A DNA stretch of 64,000 bases from Candidatus Saganbacteria bacterium (GCA_016223205.1 JACRPM010000013.1:5002-69001); one strand, 5' to 3'. Positions 10,597 to 20,080 are shown, numbered from the stretch's first letter. Program-made: numbers and translations. Notes: generated by a model not told the origin, from the letters alone.

Positions 10597-11653
10597 TGGG
10601 TGGTGGAACCTGCGACTGAAGTCGCGGTTCCTATTGATTTTTTTACTTCTGTCAGTACCGGCTTCAGCTTTTGAGATCAAGATCGTGAATTCTCCCAATG
10701 GCTCGATCGAAGCCGCGGGAAATAAGATCGGGCAAGTCATCTATCCCACCACTAAGGTTAATCCCAAAGGATTTACCGCCAGCCAATGGGTGGGCTCCGG
10801 CGAGGTGGCGGCCACCGCGGTCAACGCCATCCATATCAAAGTGGATAATGACCAGACCATTTTCTCGATTTTGCCCAGGGATTTTTTGCATCAGCTGTCC
10901 GGCTACAATTCTTATCTTAGTCCGGACTCCAGCATCTATACCGATATCGAAGCCGGGAAAGGGATCTTTGGTGGGGGATTTGCTCCGGCGGTAGGGGATA
11001 GGGTGCTGATCAACCGTTCGCTCATGCCGGCGGGATATTCCCCCAAAAGCGGCGATGTCATCACTATCCAGGCGGAAAATCCGGTCAGGTATCCCCGGGA
11101 GATCGTTTTTGAGAACAAATTCGGCGGCTCGGTCACAGCCATCTTTTCTGATAATGAACAACTGGTGATCGCCGAGGTCCTGCGGCCGGTTTTGGGAGTG
11201 GGAAGGTTCGCCGGCTCCCGCTTTGTCGGGCCCGGCCGCATCCGCGCTAACCATCCCGGGGTCATCGATATCTCAACTTCGGTAGGGGATAAAGTGGGCG
11301 GTTTCCAGATCATTCCCTCCCGCCACGCGCAAAGTCCCGAAATGGGAGGGGCGCGCACGGCTACCCAGTGGATGGTGGTAGGCCCGGCCTCGGTTAATGG
11401 GGTATCGCTCGAAGGCACAGCACTGCTTTTCCGCTACCTGATCCGGCCGCAATATAATGAAGACGACCTGGTCGCTCCCGATTGGGAGGCGCGTTTGCTT
11501 AACCGTTATTTGGTCGAAGCCAAGCTGGGGGATAAGGCCAAGTGGGGGCCCCTGCCGGTCTTTAACCTCAATCCCGGGGAAGACCTGCCGCCCGAGGCCA
11601 ACCGGGCCCTCCAAAAAGTGACGCACCTTCGCATTTTGTTCCCTGTGTTATAA
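10589..11653 (+). CDS. secreted hypothetical protein (signal peptide), co-operonic with pst-phoU
   Basis: Start overlaps phoU stop by 8 nt; has an N-terminal signal peptide. I recognise no homology. Confidence 0.5.
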   Translation: MPNGWWNLRLKSRFLLIFLLLSVPASAFEIKIVNSPNGSIEAAGNKIGQVIYPTTKVNPKGFTASQWVGSGEVAATAVNAIHIKVDNDQTIFSILPRDFLHQLSGYNSYLSPDSSIYTDIEAGKGIFGGGFAPAVGDRVLINRSLMPAGYSPKSGDVITIQAENPVRYPREIVFENKFGGSVTAIFSDNEQLVIAEVLRPVLGVGRFAGSRFVGPGRIRANHPGVIDISTSVGDKVGGFQIIPSRHAQSPEMGGARTATQWMVVGPASVNGVSLEGTALLFRYLIRPQYNEDDLVAPDWEARLLNRYLVEAKLGDKAKWGPLPVFNLNPGEDLPPEANRALQKVTHLRILFPVL

Positions 11654-11660
11654 TATCCGC

Positions 11661-13190
11661 ATGGCGGATAAATTCTACGTAACCACCCCGATTTACTATG
11701 TAAACGACATTCCCCACATCGGCCACGCCTACACCACCATCGCGGCGGATGTTGCGGCCCGTTACCAGAGGATGATGGGGAAATCGGTGTGGTTTTTGAC
11801 CGGCACCGATGAACACGGCCAAAAGATCTTCAAAACCGCGCAGGATAAGGGGATCGACACGCAGGCGTTCGTGGATTCGATCGTGACCCGCTTCAAGGAC
11901 GCCTGGAAAAAGCTCGATGTCCGCTACGACGACTTTATCCGCACCACGGAGCCGAGGCACGAAAAAGTGGTGCAAGCTATCTTCCATAAATTAAAACAAC
12001 AGGGAGATATCTATAAAGGAGAATATGAGGGCTGGTATTGCGTCGCCTGCGAGACCTTTTGGGGCGAAGCCCAGATGACCGAGGACCTCGAAGGCCGCTT
12101 TTTATGCCCCGATTGCGGGCGTCCGACCGATAAATTAAAAGAAGAAAGCTATTTCTTCAAGCTTTCCAAATATCAGGAAAAATTGATCGCCCACATTAAC
12201 CAGCATCCCGATTTTATCCAGCCGGTCTCACGCAGAAACGAGGTCATTAGCTTCATCAAGGAGGGATTAAAAGACCTTTCGGTCACCCGAACCGCTTTTC
12301 CCTGGGGGGTAAAGCTGCCCGACGATCCCAAACATGTGGTTTATGTGTGGTTTGACGCGCTCATCAATTACATTTCCGCCCTGGGCTATCCCGACGGCGA
12401 AAAATTCAAGGAGTTCTGGCCGGCGGAAGTGCACCTGATGGGGAAAGAGATCGTGCGCTTCCACGCGGTCACCTGGCCGGCCATGCTCTTGGCCCTGGGT
12501 GTTCCGCTCCCCAAAATGGTCTTTGGCCACGGGTGGTGGACGGTGGAGGGGAAAAAGATGAGCAAGACCACGGGCAATGTCGTGGATCCGCTAAAGTTGG
12601 CGGATGAATATGGGGTGGATGCGGTCCGTTACTTCATTTTGCGGGAAGTTCCTTTCGGTACGGACGGGGACTTCTCCCTGAAGTCGTTTATTGAGAGGTT
12701 CAATGCGGATCTGGCCAATGATCTGGGGAATCTGTTGAGTAGAACGTTGACCATGGTCGAGAAATACAATAAATCACAAATCCCAAATAGCAAAAATCAA
12801 ACAAGTTCCAATGAATTAAAAGATCTAATCAACAAAACACCCCAGTTGGTGGACCAATACATGAACAAGCTGGCTTTCTCGGAGGCCCTGGGGGCGATAT
12901 GGGGGCTCATCAGCCGGGCTAATCAATACATAGAACAGCAAGCGCCCTGGGCGTTGGCTAAAAAGGGAGAAACCGAAAAGCTGACCGAGGTGCTCTTTGA
13001 TCTTTGCGAAACTCTCCGTATCGTTGCGATTCTGGTCGGCCCGTTCATGCCTGCGACAGCCCAAAAGATCTGGGCCCAATTAAATTTACCGCAACCGCTT
13101 GAAAAATTAACTCCCGTCCCCTTTGGCATGCCGATTGCTGGAACCATGGTCAAGAAAGGCCCAGCCCTGTTCCCAAGATTGAACAAGTAA
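11661..13190 (+). CDS. metG: methionine--tRNA ligase
   Basis: HIGH motif (PHIGHAYT), KMSKT motif and a zinc knuckle CxxC...CxxC. Confidence 0.9.
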   Translation: MADKFYVTTPIYYVNDIPHIGHAYTTIAADVAARYQRMMGKSVWFLTGTDEHGQKIFKTAQDKGIDTQAFVDSIVTRFKDAWKKLDVRYDDFIRTTEPRHEKVVQAIFHKLKQQGDIYKGEYEGWYCVACETFWGEAQMTEDLEGRFLCPDCGRPTDKLKEESYFFKLSKYQEKLIAHINQHPDFIQPVSRRNEVISFIKEGLKDLSVTRTAFPWGVKLPDDPKHVVYVWFDALINYISALGYPDGEKFKEFWPAEVHLMGKEIVRFHAVTWPAMLLALGVPLPKMVFGHGWWTVEGKKMSKTTGNVVDPLKLADEYGVDAVRYFILREVPFGTDGDFSLKSFIERFNADLANDLGNLLSRTLTMVEKYNKSQIPNSKNQTSSNELKDLINKTPQLVDQYMNKLAFSEALGAIWGLISRANQYIEQQAPWALAKKGETEKLTEVLFDLCETLRIVAILVGPFMPATAQKIWAQLNLPQPLEKLTPVPFGMPIAGTMVKKGPALFPRLNK

Positions 13191-13198
13191 GGAGTTAA

Positions 13199-13963
13199 TT
13201 GGTGTTCATCGATACCCACGCCCACCTGACCATGCCCGAGTATTCGGATCTAAGCGAAGTTTTGTCTCGCGCCCGCGATGCCAAGATCGAAGCCATTATC
13301 AATGCTTCCTTCGACCTGAAATCCTCTAAAGAAGGTCTCCGACTGGCCAAAGATCACGATTTTATTTACGCTGCAATAGGGATCCATCCCCACGATGCAA
13401 ATCTAGTAGATCAAAAGATGATCGAGGAGCTGGAAAAACTGGCTTCCGACCCCAAAGTTGTGGCGATAGGGGAGACGGGCCTCGATTATTATAAAAACCT
13501 CCAGCCCCAAGAGGTCCAGATCGCGGCTTTCCGTAAATTCCTACAACTGGCTCAAAAGCTCGATAAACCGATCATCATCCATTGCCGTGAGGCGCAAGAC
13601 GATGTGATGCGGGTGTTGCGCGAAGAAAACCAGGGGAAAATGCGCGGGGTTTTCCATTGTTTCGCTGGGGACGAAAAACTCATCAAGTTCGCGAACGACC
13701 TGGGATTTCTGATCTCCTTTACCGGAAATATCACTTTCAAGAAAGCGAACCGAACGAGGGAACTCGCTAAACTAATCCCGCTTTCTCAAATAATGGTCGA
13801 GACCGATTGTCCCTACCTGGCGCCGGAGCCCTTCCGCGGCCGGCGCAACGAGCCCGCTTTTGTCGCTTATGTCGCCAAATCCCTGGCGGAGATCAAAGGG
13901 ATCACGGTCGAAGAATTGGCAATGGAAACCACCAAAAATGCGAAGAAACTTTTTAAGATCTAA
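13199..13963 (+). CDS. tatD: TatD-family metal-dependent hydrolase
   Basis: FIDTHAHL motif and conserved His/Asp/Glu residues of TatD. Confidence 0.85.
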   Translation: MVFIDTHAHLTMPEYSDLSEVLSRARDAKIEAIINASFDLKSSKEGLRLAKDHDFIYAAIGIHPHDANLVDQKMIEELEKLASDPKVVAIGETGLDYYKNLQPQEVQIAAFRKFLQLAQKLDKPIIIHCREAQDDVMRVLREENQGKMRGVFHCFAGDEKLIKFANDLGFLISFTGNITFKKANRTRELAKLIPLSQIMVETDCPYLAPEPFRGRRNEPAFVAYVAKSLAEIKGITVEELAMETTKNAKKLFKI

Positions 13964-14942
13964 CCGGGATCCCGACTGGGCGGGTTTTTTCAGGCAAGTG
14001 GCAGCCCTTTTTAACGCCGGTCTTTCGCTATCTAAGATATTGGAATTGCTTGAAGGGAAGATCCAAGGTCTTGACCTGAAAAAAATAAGGTCGGGACTGG
14101 AGCAGGGCGGGGGACTGGCCGAGAGCTTGGGGTCATTGGGGCTCGAAAGATCCCTGCAAAACCTGGTTTCTGTGGGCGAAAGGTCGGGGGATCTGGGTGG
14201 GGTCTTAGACCGCGCGGCTGATCTTCTGGATAAAAGGCAAAGCTTCAGGAGAAACCTCCGGCAAGCCCTGACCTATCCCGCTTTTATCCTGATCGCCTGT
14301 TCTTTTTCGATCTTGGGGCTTTTCGTTTTTATTCTGCCGGTTTTTGCATCGATGTTTTCCGACTTTAACTATTCCCTTCCCCTTATCACCCGGGTGCTTA
14401 TCGGATTGCCAAATTATTGGCCGGTTATGCTTTCGGGCCTGGCTTTGCTTATTTGGTTCGCCATAAAGATCAAGACCAGCGACCGGCTAAAACACAAATT
14501 ACCGGTTTTTAACCAGATCCATCGCCATACCCAGGTCTCTTATTTTGCCCGGACCCTGGGATCACAGATCAAGAGCGGCATCTCGATACTGAACGCCCTG
14601 GAGCTTACGGCATCCGGCGCCGATCTTATCTATCGGAATGCCATAAACGATATTAAGCTCCGGGTCGAGAACGGGGAAAAACTAGCTTCCGCCTTATCTT
14701 CTTTTCCCGCGCTTTTCCCCCATACTTTCGATCAAATGGTCGCGGTAGGGGAAGAGACCGGGTCATTGGACACCCTGCTATTGCGCGCCGCCGATTATTA
14801 TGAGAGCGAAGTGGAACAAGCGGTAAAGAGGGCCGCGCTTTTGATCGAACCGGCATCGACTTTGGCCGTGGGATTGATAGTGGGGGTGGTCGCGTTCGCC
14901 ATGATAATGCCGTTGTTTTCCATAATGAATTCGTTATTATAA
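13938..14942 (+). CDS. gspF: type II secretion system F / PilC-family inner-membrane platform protein
   Basis: Two T2SSF repeats and three TM segments. The N-terminus is short; start assigned to ATG 13938, not the track's 13860 whose N-terminus looks out-of-frame. Confidence 0.6.
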   Translation: MRRNFLRSNRDPDWAGFFRQVAALFNAGLSLSKILELLEGKIQGLDLKKIRSGLEQGGGLAESLGSLGLERSLQNLVSVGERSGDLGGVLDRAADLLDKRQSFRRNLRQALTYPAFILIACSFSILGLFVFILPVFASMFSDFNYSLPLITRVLIGLPNYWPVMLSGLALLIWFAIKIKTSDRLKHKLPVFNQIHRHTQVSYFARTLGSQIKSGISILNALELTASGADLIYRNAINDIKLRVENGEKLASALSSFPALFPHTFDQMVAVGEETGSLDTLLLRAADYYESEVEQAVKRAALLIEPASTLAVGLIVGVVAFAMIMPLFSIMNSLL

Positions 14943-14954
14943 GGAGGATATATC

Positions 14955-15365
14955 ATGAAAAGAAAAGGATTCACGCTGATCGAGATCCTGGTCGTGGTGG
15001 GAATAATAGGTTTATTGGCGGTATTTTTGGTGCCCAATCTGCTGGGAGCGCAGGACCGGGCTAAGGAGACGGCGGTGAAAGCGGTGATGCATTCGCTCCA
15101 GCTGGCGGTCGAGTCCTACAATATGGAAAACGAGAGCTACCCGGTGGCGCGGGGAGCGGCAGTCGAGAGTTTGTGCAAGAATTATCTTTTGGTCGGCGGT
15201 TATGTGGGCTCGGTCCCCAAAAATCCCTTCACGGGCAAGGAATACAAGGACGCGGACGTCGCGGGAAAGATAATTTACGATTATAATGACGTCGAAGGAA
15301 GATATACTTTAACCGGATATAAGAGAAATGGAACTTCGAAAATACTCGAGCTTTCTAATATGTAG
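14955..15365 (+). CDS. gspG: prepilin-type N-terminal cleavage/methylation pseudopilin
   Basis: KGFTLIEILVVVGIIGLLA class III signal peptide. Confidence 0.8.
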   Translation: MKRKGFTLIEILVVVGIIGLLAVFLVPNLLGAQDRAKETAVKAVMHSLQLAVESYNMENESYPVARGAAVESLCKNYLLVGGYVGSVPKNPFTGKEYKDADVAGKIIYDYNDVEGRYTLTGYKRNGTSKILELSNM

Positions 15366-16863
15366 CTTATTGCTGATAGCTTCGGCCCAGGCGCTGGATT
15401 TTGACCCGCAGGGCAAGCTCATCTTATCGCTGGGCGGTGAAGTCTCGGTTTTAAACCCCATCCTCTCGACCGATACTTCATCGGGCGCAGTAGAGGGAGT
15501 CATTTTCACGGGGATGACCAAGGTCAACGAGAAGCTTGAAGTCATACCCGATCTCGCCCGATCCTGGAAGATATCACCAGACGGTAAGCTCTGGACGTTC
15601 TTTTTGCGTCGCGATGTAAAGTGGCACGACGGCCGGCCTTTCACCGCGGAGGATGTCAAATTCACCTTCGATTCCATCTTAAATCCCAAAGTCAACTCCG
15701 TCCGCCGCAGTGATTTTATAATTGATGGAAAACCCATCCAATTCAAAGTTATTGATAAATTCACCCTGCAAGCGATACTGCCCAAGCCCTTTGCCCCCTT
15801 CCTGGTGCGCTCGGGGATGAGCGTGATACCAAAACATCTCCTGTCCGGCAAGGATATCAATACCGCGGATTTCAACCGCAAGCCCATCGGGACCGGTCCT
15901 TTTAAATTTGCCGAGTGGAAGACCGGGGATTTTGTCCGGGTGGTGCGCAACGACAAATATTACGACGGCCGGCCTCGTCTGGCCGAGATCCTCTTTAAGA
16001 TCATCCCCGATGAGAACGCAACCCTGGTGGCGCTCGAAGCCGGGGAGATCGATTCGGCCGGTATCCCGCCCAAAGATCTTTCGCGCATGAAGAAGCTTAA
16101 GGGATTGAGCATATACGAATACGACGCCCTGCTTTATACCTATTTGGGATTGAATATGGATAAACCATATTTTAGGGATAAAAGAGTAAGGCAGGCGCTG
16201 GCCTATGCCACCAACAAGAAACAGCTGGTTTCTTTGATATTAAAAGGATTGGGCTCCGCGGCTTATTGTCCCTCGGCGCCTATTTCGTGGGCCTATTCCA
16301 ACGATGTGGAGAAATATCCTTATGATCCAGAAAAAGCGAAAAAACTCCTGAAAGCAGCGGGCTTTGAGAAGCTGGAGTTCACCTGCTTGGTCAATCAGGG
16401 CAATAAAGAACGTGAAAAGGCGGCCATAGTTCTTCAACAGCAATTCAAAAAAGTCGGAGTGAAGATGAATATCCGGGTTTTGGAATGGTCGGCCATGCTT
16501 AAGCTTATCAACAAGCCCACGGCCCCCAAGGATTTTGACGCGATGATCATCGGCTGGTCGCTGGGGCTCGATCCCGACAATTATTCCATCTGGCACAGCT
16601 CCCAATTCCCCCGGGGCTTTAATTTCATCCATTACCAGAATCCCGAAGTGGATAAATTACTCGAAGCCGGCCGCACCACCATGGAAAAAGCCAAACGCAA
16701 AGTCATCTATGCCAAACTGAACCGCCTCATTTCCGCAGACCAGCCATATGTTTTCCTCTGGTATCCTAAGGTGGTCACCGGGGTGAGCGATAAGGTGGGT
16801 GGGTTATCAAAACCGGGCCCGGCCGGATTGTTCCTCAATATCGAAAAGGTCTATAAAAAGTAA
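15328..16863 (+). CDS. oppA: ABC transporter substrate-binding protein, peptide/nickel family (SBP_bac_5)
   Basis: Signal peptide plus family-5 SBP sequence; cognate permeases and ATPases lie 3.2 kb downstream. Confidence 0.8.
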   Translation: MELRKYSSFLICSLLLIASAQALDFDPQGKLILSLGGEVSVLNPILSTDTSSGAVEGVIFTGMTKVNEKLEVIPDLARSWKISPDGKLWTFFLRRDVKWHDGRPFTAEDVKFTFDSILNPKVNSVRRSDFIIDGKPIQFKVIDKFTLQAILPKPFAPFLVRSGMSVIPKHLLSGKDINTADFNRKPIGTGPFKFAEWKTGDFVRVVRNDKYYDGRPRLAEILFKIIPDENATLVALEAGEIDSAGIPPKDLSRMKKLKGLSIYEYDALLYTYLGLNMDKPYFRDKRVRQALAYATNKKQLVSLILKGLGSAAYCPSAPISWAYSNDVEKYPYDPEKAKKLLKAAGFEKLEFTCLVNQGNKEREKAAIVLQQQFKKVGVKMNIRVLEWSAMLKLINKPTAPKDFDAMIIGWSLGLDPDNYSIWHSSQFPRGFNFIHYQNPEVDKLLEAGRTTMEKAKRKVIYAKLNRLISADQPYVFLWYPKVVTGVSDKVGGLSKPGPAGLFLNIEKVYKK

Positions 16864-16910
16864 CTGAAATTTCCCAAAACCCCAGCCGATATTAACCCGG
16901 AGCGATCCAG
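16864..16910 (+). promoter_or_regulatory. promoter-like CTGAAA-N18-GATATT followed by conserved 17-nt leader AACCCGGAGCGATCCAG
   Basis: Identical -35 box and leader recur at 17490-17536 in front of the next gene. Confidence 0.4.
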
Positions 16911-16923
16911 AAGGGAGAAAGAA

Positions 16924-17319
16924 ATGACAGTTAGAATGGCGCGAATGAGGTTTGCCCCCATCAGCGGAGACGGCGGAAAAGACTACCGGAGGGACAATCT
17001 TAAGGCATTGGCAGGCCAAGGGCTTAGCGTTACCCCGAACTTTTTAAGCCAAATCAAAGGAACCAACCGAATTGCCCAATTCTTTAGGATTATGGATCTT
17101 AAGGGCGTTCTGGGGGGGCGGACCGGCACGGTAGAAACGCTGAACCGACTTTTCCGCCGGTGGTACGTACTGCAGACCCACAGCAATCCGGACCCGTTTG
17201 GTGCGCAACGCCCGGGAGAAGATTGGTTTTGCCTTTCAGTAATGGCCAAAGGACCGGCCAAGAAACTTGTAAAAACGATCGATCTGGGAGCATGGTATTA
17301 CAGGCGGATCTGGAGATAG
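16924..17319 (+). CDS. hypothetical protein (island gene 1)
   Basis: ORF with gggag RBS and shared promoter/leader; no recognisable domain. Confidence 0.4.
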   Translation: MTVRMARMRFAPISGDGGKDYRRDNLKALAGQGLSVTPNFLSQIKGTNRIAQFFRIMDLKGVLGGRTGTVETLNRLFRRWYVLQTHSNPDPFGAQRPGEDWFCLSVMAKGPAKKLVKTIDLGAWYYRRIWR

Positions 17320-17489
17320 CGGCCGCAGTTAGGTAGGCAATCAAGGTGCATTGCTGTCGGGTGTTATTGGTTAGCGTTAGGCGAAACGTTTGGCGTCGTG
17401 GGTGCCGCGTGACGCATCTCACCCGACGATTCGCCTGACACAACCGCTACCGTCCAACCCCTTACCTTCCTAAAATATTTCAAATATTA

Positions 17490-17536
17490 CTGAAATTTCC
17501 TATGGGCATAACAGATAATAACCCGGAGCGATCCAG
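17490..17536 (+). promoter_or_regulatory. promoter-like CTGAAA-N18-GATAAT plus conserved leader AACCCGGAGCGATCCAG (copy 2)
   Basis: Second copy of the module; ggagg RBS follows. Confidence 0.4.
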
Positions 17537-17548
17537 GGAGGATTTAAT

Positions 17549-18190
17549 ATGGTTGAGTTAGGAAGATTGGAAAGTTCGATGGCGCGGTTTACCGGGGTGG
17601 GAGCATTACGGAGAGGGGTGGGACTGTGCAGGGCAGATGGCAGTGGATCGGTAAACACTCCACCACAAATAAATGTTCTTGGGCTGCTTATTATGAGACC
17701 AACTGGAAAGTGGGAAGTTTCCCCCGGCAATTTATTTGTTAAATTTAAAGATCGGCAGGGTGAAGCTGGAGTTATCATTGAAAATAGATATTGGAAAAGT
17801 GTGCCAAGAAATATAATGGAGAGGATATTAAAAGTCGATTCATTAATGTGGGATATAATAAGTGGAAAAGACATGATCCATTATTATCTTCCAGAGAACA
17901 TCCCTAGCATGAGAATGTTCGGGGTCGACCTCTTTCCAATCCTAAATCTAAGAGATATTGATAAGGGCGATTCGCCCGAGAAAGATGTTTTAGAAATACT
18001 CACAGCTTTAGGCGCAAGAGATGGCCGTAAGATAGTCGAGGGGGTGCCAAGCTCTTTTAGCAAATATGGGCATTCTTTTTCAGAGATCGGCCAACTCAAA
18101 CAAAGTGTTATGAGCACCTGGGCTAAACATGGTTCCTCAGCAAACAGTGTGCTAAGACGGAACCTGCGACTAAACGTCGCGGTTCCTTAA
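17549..18190 (+). CDS. hypothetical protein (island gene 2), lower GC
   Basis: 213-aa ORF with shared promoter/leader; GC is visibly lower; no recognisable domain. Confidence 0.45.
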   Translation: MVELGRLESSMARFTGVGALRRGVGLCRADGSGSVNTPPQINVLGLLIMRPTGKWEVSPGNLFVKFKDRQGEAGVIIENRYWKSVPRNIMERILKVDSLMWDIISGKDMIHYYLPENIPSMRMFGVDLFPILNLRDIDKGDSPEKDVLEILTALGARDGRKIVEGVPSSFSKYGHSFSEIGQLKQSVMSTWAKHGSSANSVLRRNLRLNVAVP

Positions 18191-18213
18191 ATCTATTGAT
18201 TTTAATCAGGAAA

Positions 18214-18253
18214 CCGCGAAGTTCATTCGCGGGTTTCCTGATTTCTCATGTCA
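18214..18253 (+). terminator. hairpin terminator after island gene 2
   Basis: aatcaggaaaccgcgaa-gttca-ttcgcgggtttcctgatt, a 17-bp stem with one bulge. Confidence 0.45.
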
Positions 18254-18324
18254 TTTTTTCTGTTAACCTGACCGCAATACTTGATAATCATATCCTGGGC
18301 GAAAAATATTATATAGCGGAAGAA

Positions 18325-18449
18325 TAGGGGCTTTTCAAGAGAAAGCGGAAAAGATTTCGGCTTTGATGTAAAAGCCCTCAAAAGGTTGGATAAGATCATG
18401 TTTCCCAATATATCAGCGGCCTTTTTAACGCTAAGCCCTCGGAGAAATC
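18325..18449. repeat. 125-bp direct repeat R, copy 1
   Basis: Near-identical to 19784-19907, with two mismatches; contains the internal inverted repeat agggctttt...aaaagccct. Confidence 0.8.
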
Positions 18450-18487
18450 CTGCATGCCTTGATGATATTGTTTGACATCGTGGTAGT

Positions 18488-19147
18488 TCATTTCCTAAAG
18501 AATATAACCGGTAAACTTTGCCCTTCGACAAACACATAATGCAGTTCCTTGAAACGCGCGCCGATTTTATTGAATCTCAAAGGCAAAGCCCAGGTATCCC
18601 GCATCGGCCTGCTTTCCACAAAATAACCGCCGGGCTTTATTATCCGATAAATGTCGCTTAGCGCCCGGTCAGCGTTGGTATGGGTTGCTCCGGTTAAGAG
18701 ATCATCAGTGTAGGCATTATATTCGCGGGAATACTGTCCCAAAAAGTAGATCATCTCCTTGTTCCAGAAAACCAGATCGATCCTTTCATCGGGGAAGGGC
18801 AGGGTGCGGATATTGGCCCGAACGACGGCCACATGGGGATATCTGGTCTGCACCCGCTGTAAGCCCTCTTGTCTTTGGTCGACTGCTAAAGAAGTTATCC
18901 CCGGGACGTTTGGCAGAAAAGAATGGTCCAGGCATCCCAACTCGACCGCGGTCTTAATGTTGCCGGCCCAGGAATAAAAGACCCCTAAAAAAGCGGAAGG
19001 GGTTTGTTCGAAAAGTCGGGGATCGGTCAGGGGAGAGCCCGACACCCGGAGGTATTTCCCCTTGGGAGCAACCCGACCTTTCACTCCTCTTATGATCTCC
19101 CGGATAAAAGCGTCCGGTTTTCCGCGAACATGCATTACGATATCCAT
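18488..19147 (-). CDS. class I SAM-dependent methyltransferase-like protein (degenerate motif I)
   Basis: Motif I-like VELGCLDHS, acidic motif II ERIDLVF and IIKPGGYFV motif. Confidence 0.5.
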   Translation of the reverse strand: MDIVMHVRGKPDAFIREIIRGVKGRVAPKGKYLRVSGSPLTDPRLFEQTPSAFLGVFYSWAGNIKTAVELGCLDHSFLPNVPGITSLAVDQRQEGLQRVQTRYPHVAVVRANIRTLPFPDERIDLVFWNKEMIYFLGQYSREYNAYTDDLLTGATHTNADRALSDIYRIIKPGGYFVESRPMRDTWALPLRFNKIGARFKELHYVFVEGQSLPVIFFRK

Positions 19148-19184
19148 GGCTGTTTAATTATCGGGCAAAGCCGTTAAGAATTTC

Positions 19185-19220
19185 ATTGACAATTTGCGCA
19201 TCTGGGGCGGGTATTATAGG
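19185..19220 (+). promoter_or_regulatory. sigma70-like promoter module TTGACA-N20-TATTAT, duplicate of oppB promoter
   Basis: ttgacaatttgcgcatctggggcgggtattatag nearly identical to 20081-20114. Confidence 0.35.
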
Positions 19221-19226
19221 AAAGGG

Positions 19227-19778
19227 CTATAGAATCTTTTTAAGGGTATTCCAGATTCTTAAATCTTCGGCCTCGTCCGATAGCTTTTGAGCCCAAGAAT
19301 CAAGATATTTCCTATCAAGCTTGCTGCGGTGCCTTTCGATAATCGATTTAATATCCAAAATATCCCTTTCCCGACCGGGGATGAGCTTTAGTAAAATCAG
19401 GTCTTCGGGAGAAGGAATGTTGACCTTTTTTCCCAGCAGAGTTATTTTCATTTTGCGTTGAAAGGCGGAATCTTCGAAGTCCGTCGACGAAACAATAAAA
19501 TCAACCCAGAGCTCTTCAAAAGATATCCTAAACGCCCCTTTGAGTTCGAGGTCCTTCTGTATAGCTGTTTGGTTAATATCAAATCCCGCTTTTTTCATTT
19601 TAGACAAAAGCGCGATAACGGAAGATTTGGGAATAAAGACAATTAGATCGATGTCCTGCGTCATGCGGGGCTCGCCCAAAACCCCCACGGCCAGCCCCCC
19701 GATCAAAAGATAAGGCGTTTTTTCTTTTTCCAGTAAGGTTATCGTTTTTTGGAAAAGTTTATCGAGCGAGCTTGGCAT
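19227..19778 (-). CDS. nucleotidyltransferase-fold protein (GG...DIDL motif)
   Basis: N-terminal LIGGLAVGVLGEPRMTQDIDLIV is the minimal NTase signature (GS/GG...D.D); C-terminal helical domain. Confidence 0.55.
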   Translation of the reverse strand: MPSSLDKLFQKTITLLEKEKTPYLLIGGLAVGVLGEPRMTQDIDLIVFIPKSSVIALLSKMKKAGFDINQTAIQKDLELKGAFRISFEELWVDFIVSSTDFEDSAFQRKMKITLLGKKVNIPSPEDLILLKLIPGRERDILDIKSIIERHRSKLDRKYLDSWAQKLSDEAEDLRIWNTLKKIL

Positions 19779-19783
19779 GTTTT

Positions 19784-19907
19784 AGGGATTTTTCAAGAGA
19801 AAGCGGAAAAGATTTCGGCTTTGATGTAAAAGCCCTCAAAAGGTTGGATGAGATCATGTTTCCCAATATATCAGCGGCCTTTTTAATGCTAAGCCCTCGG
19901 AGAAATC
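19784..19907. repeat. 125-bp direct repeat R, copy 2
   Basis: See 18325-18449. Confidence 0.8.
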
Positions 19908-20080
19908 TGCTCCTTTTCTTCTCGTTTTCCTTAAGGAATTTATTGATATTTCTTATCATATGTTTATAATTATACCACAAATGAAGACCATATATGCCCT
20001 TTTCGCTTCATAGCCCTGTCGCCTTGTCACCCTCATAGCCCTGCCTGCCCTGAATGCCTTTATAGCCTAGTTTTAAACAA

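Noticed and set aside
18223-18537. Minus-strand ORFs spanning each 125-bp repeat copy (18223..18537 and 19759..19980)
   Set aside because: Their only shared sequence is the repeat itself, their flanks differ, and they overlap neighbouring genes; more likely read-through frames of a non-coding repeat.
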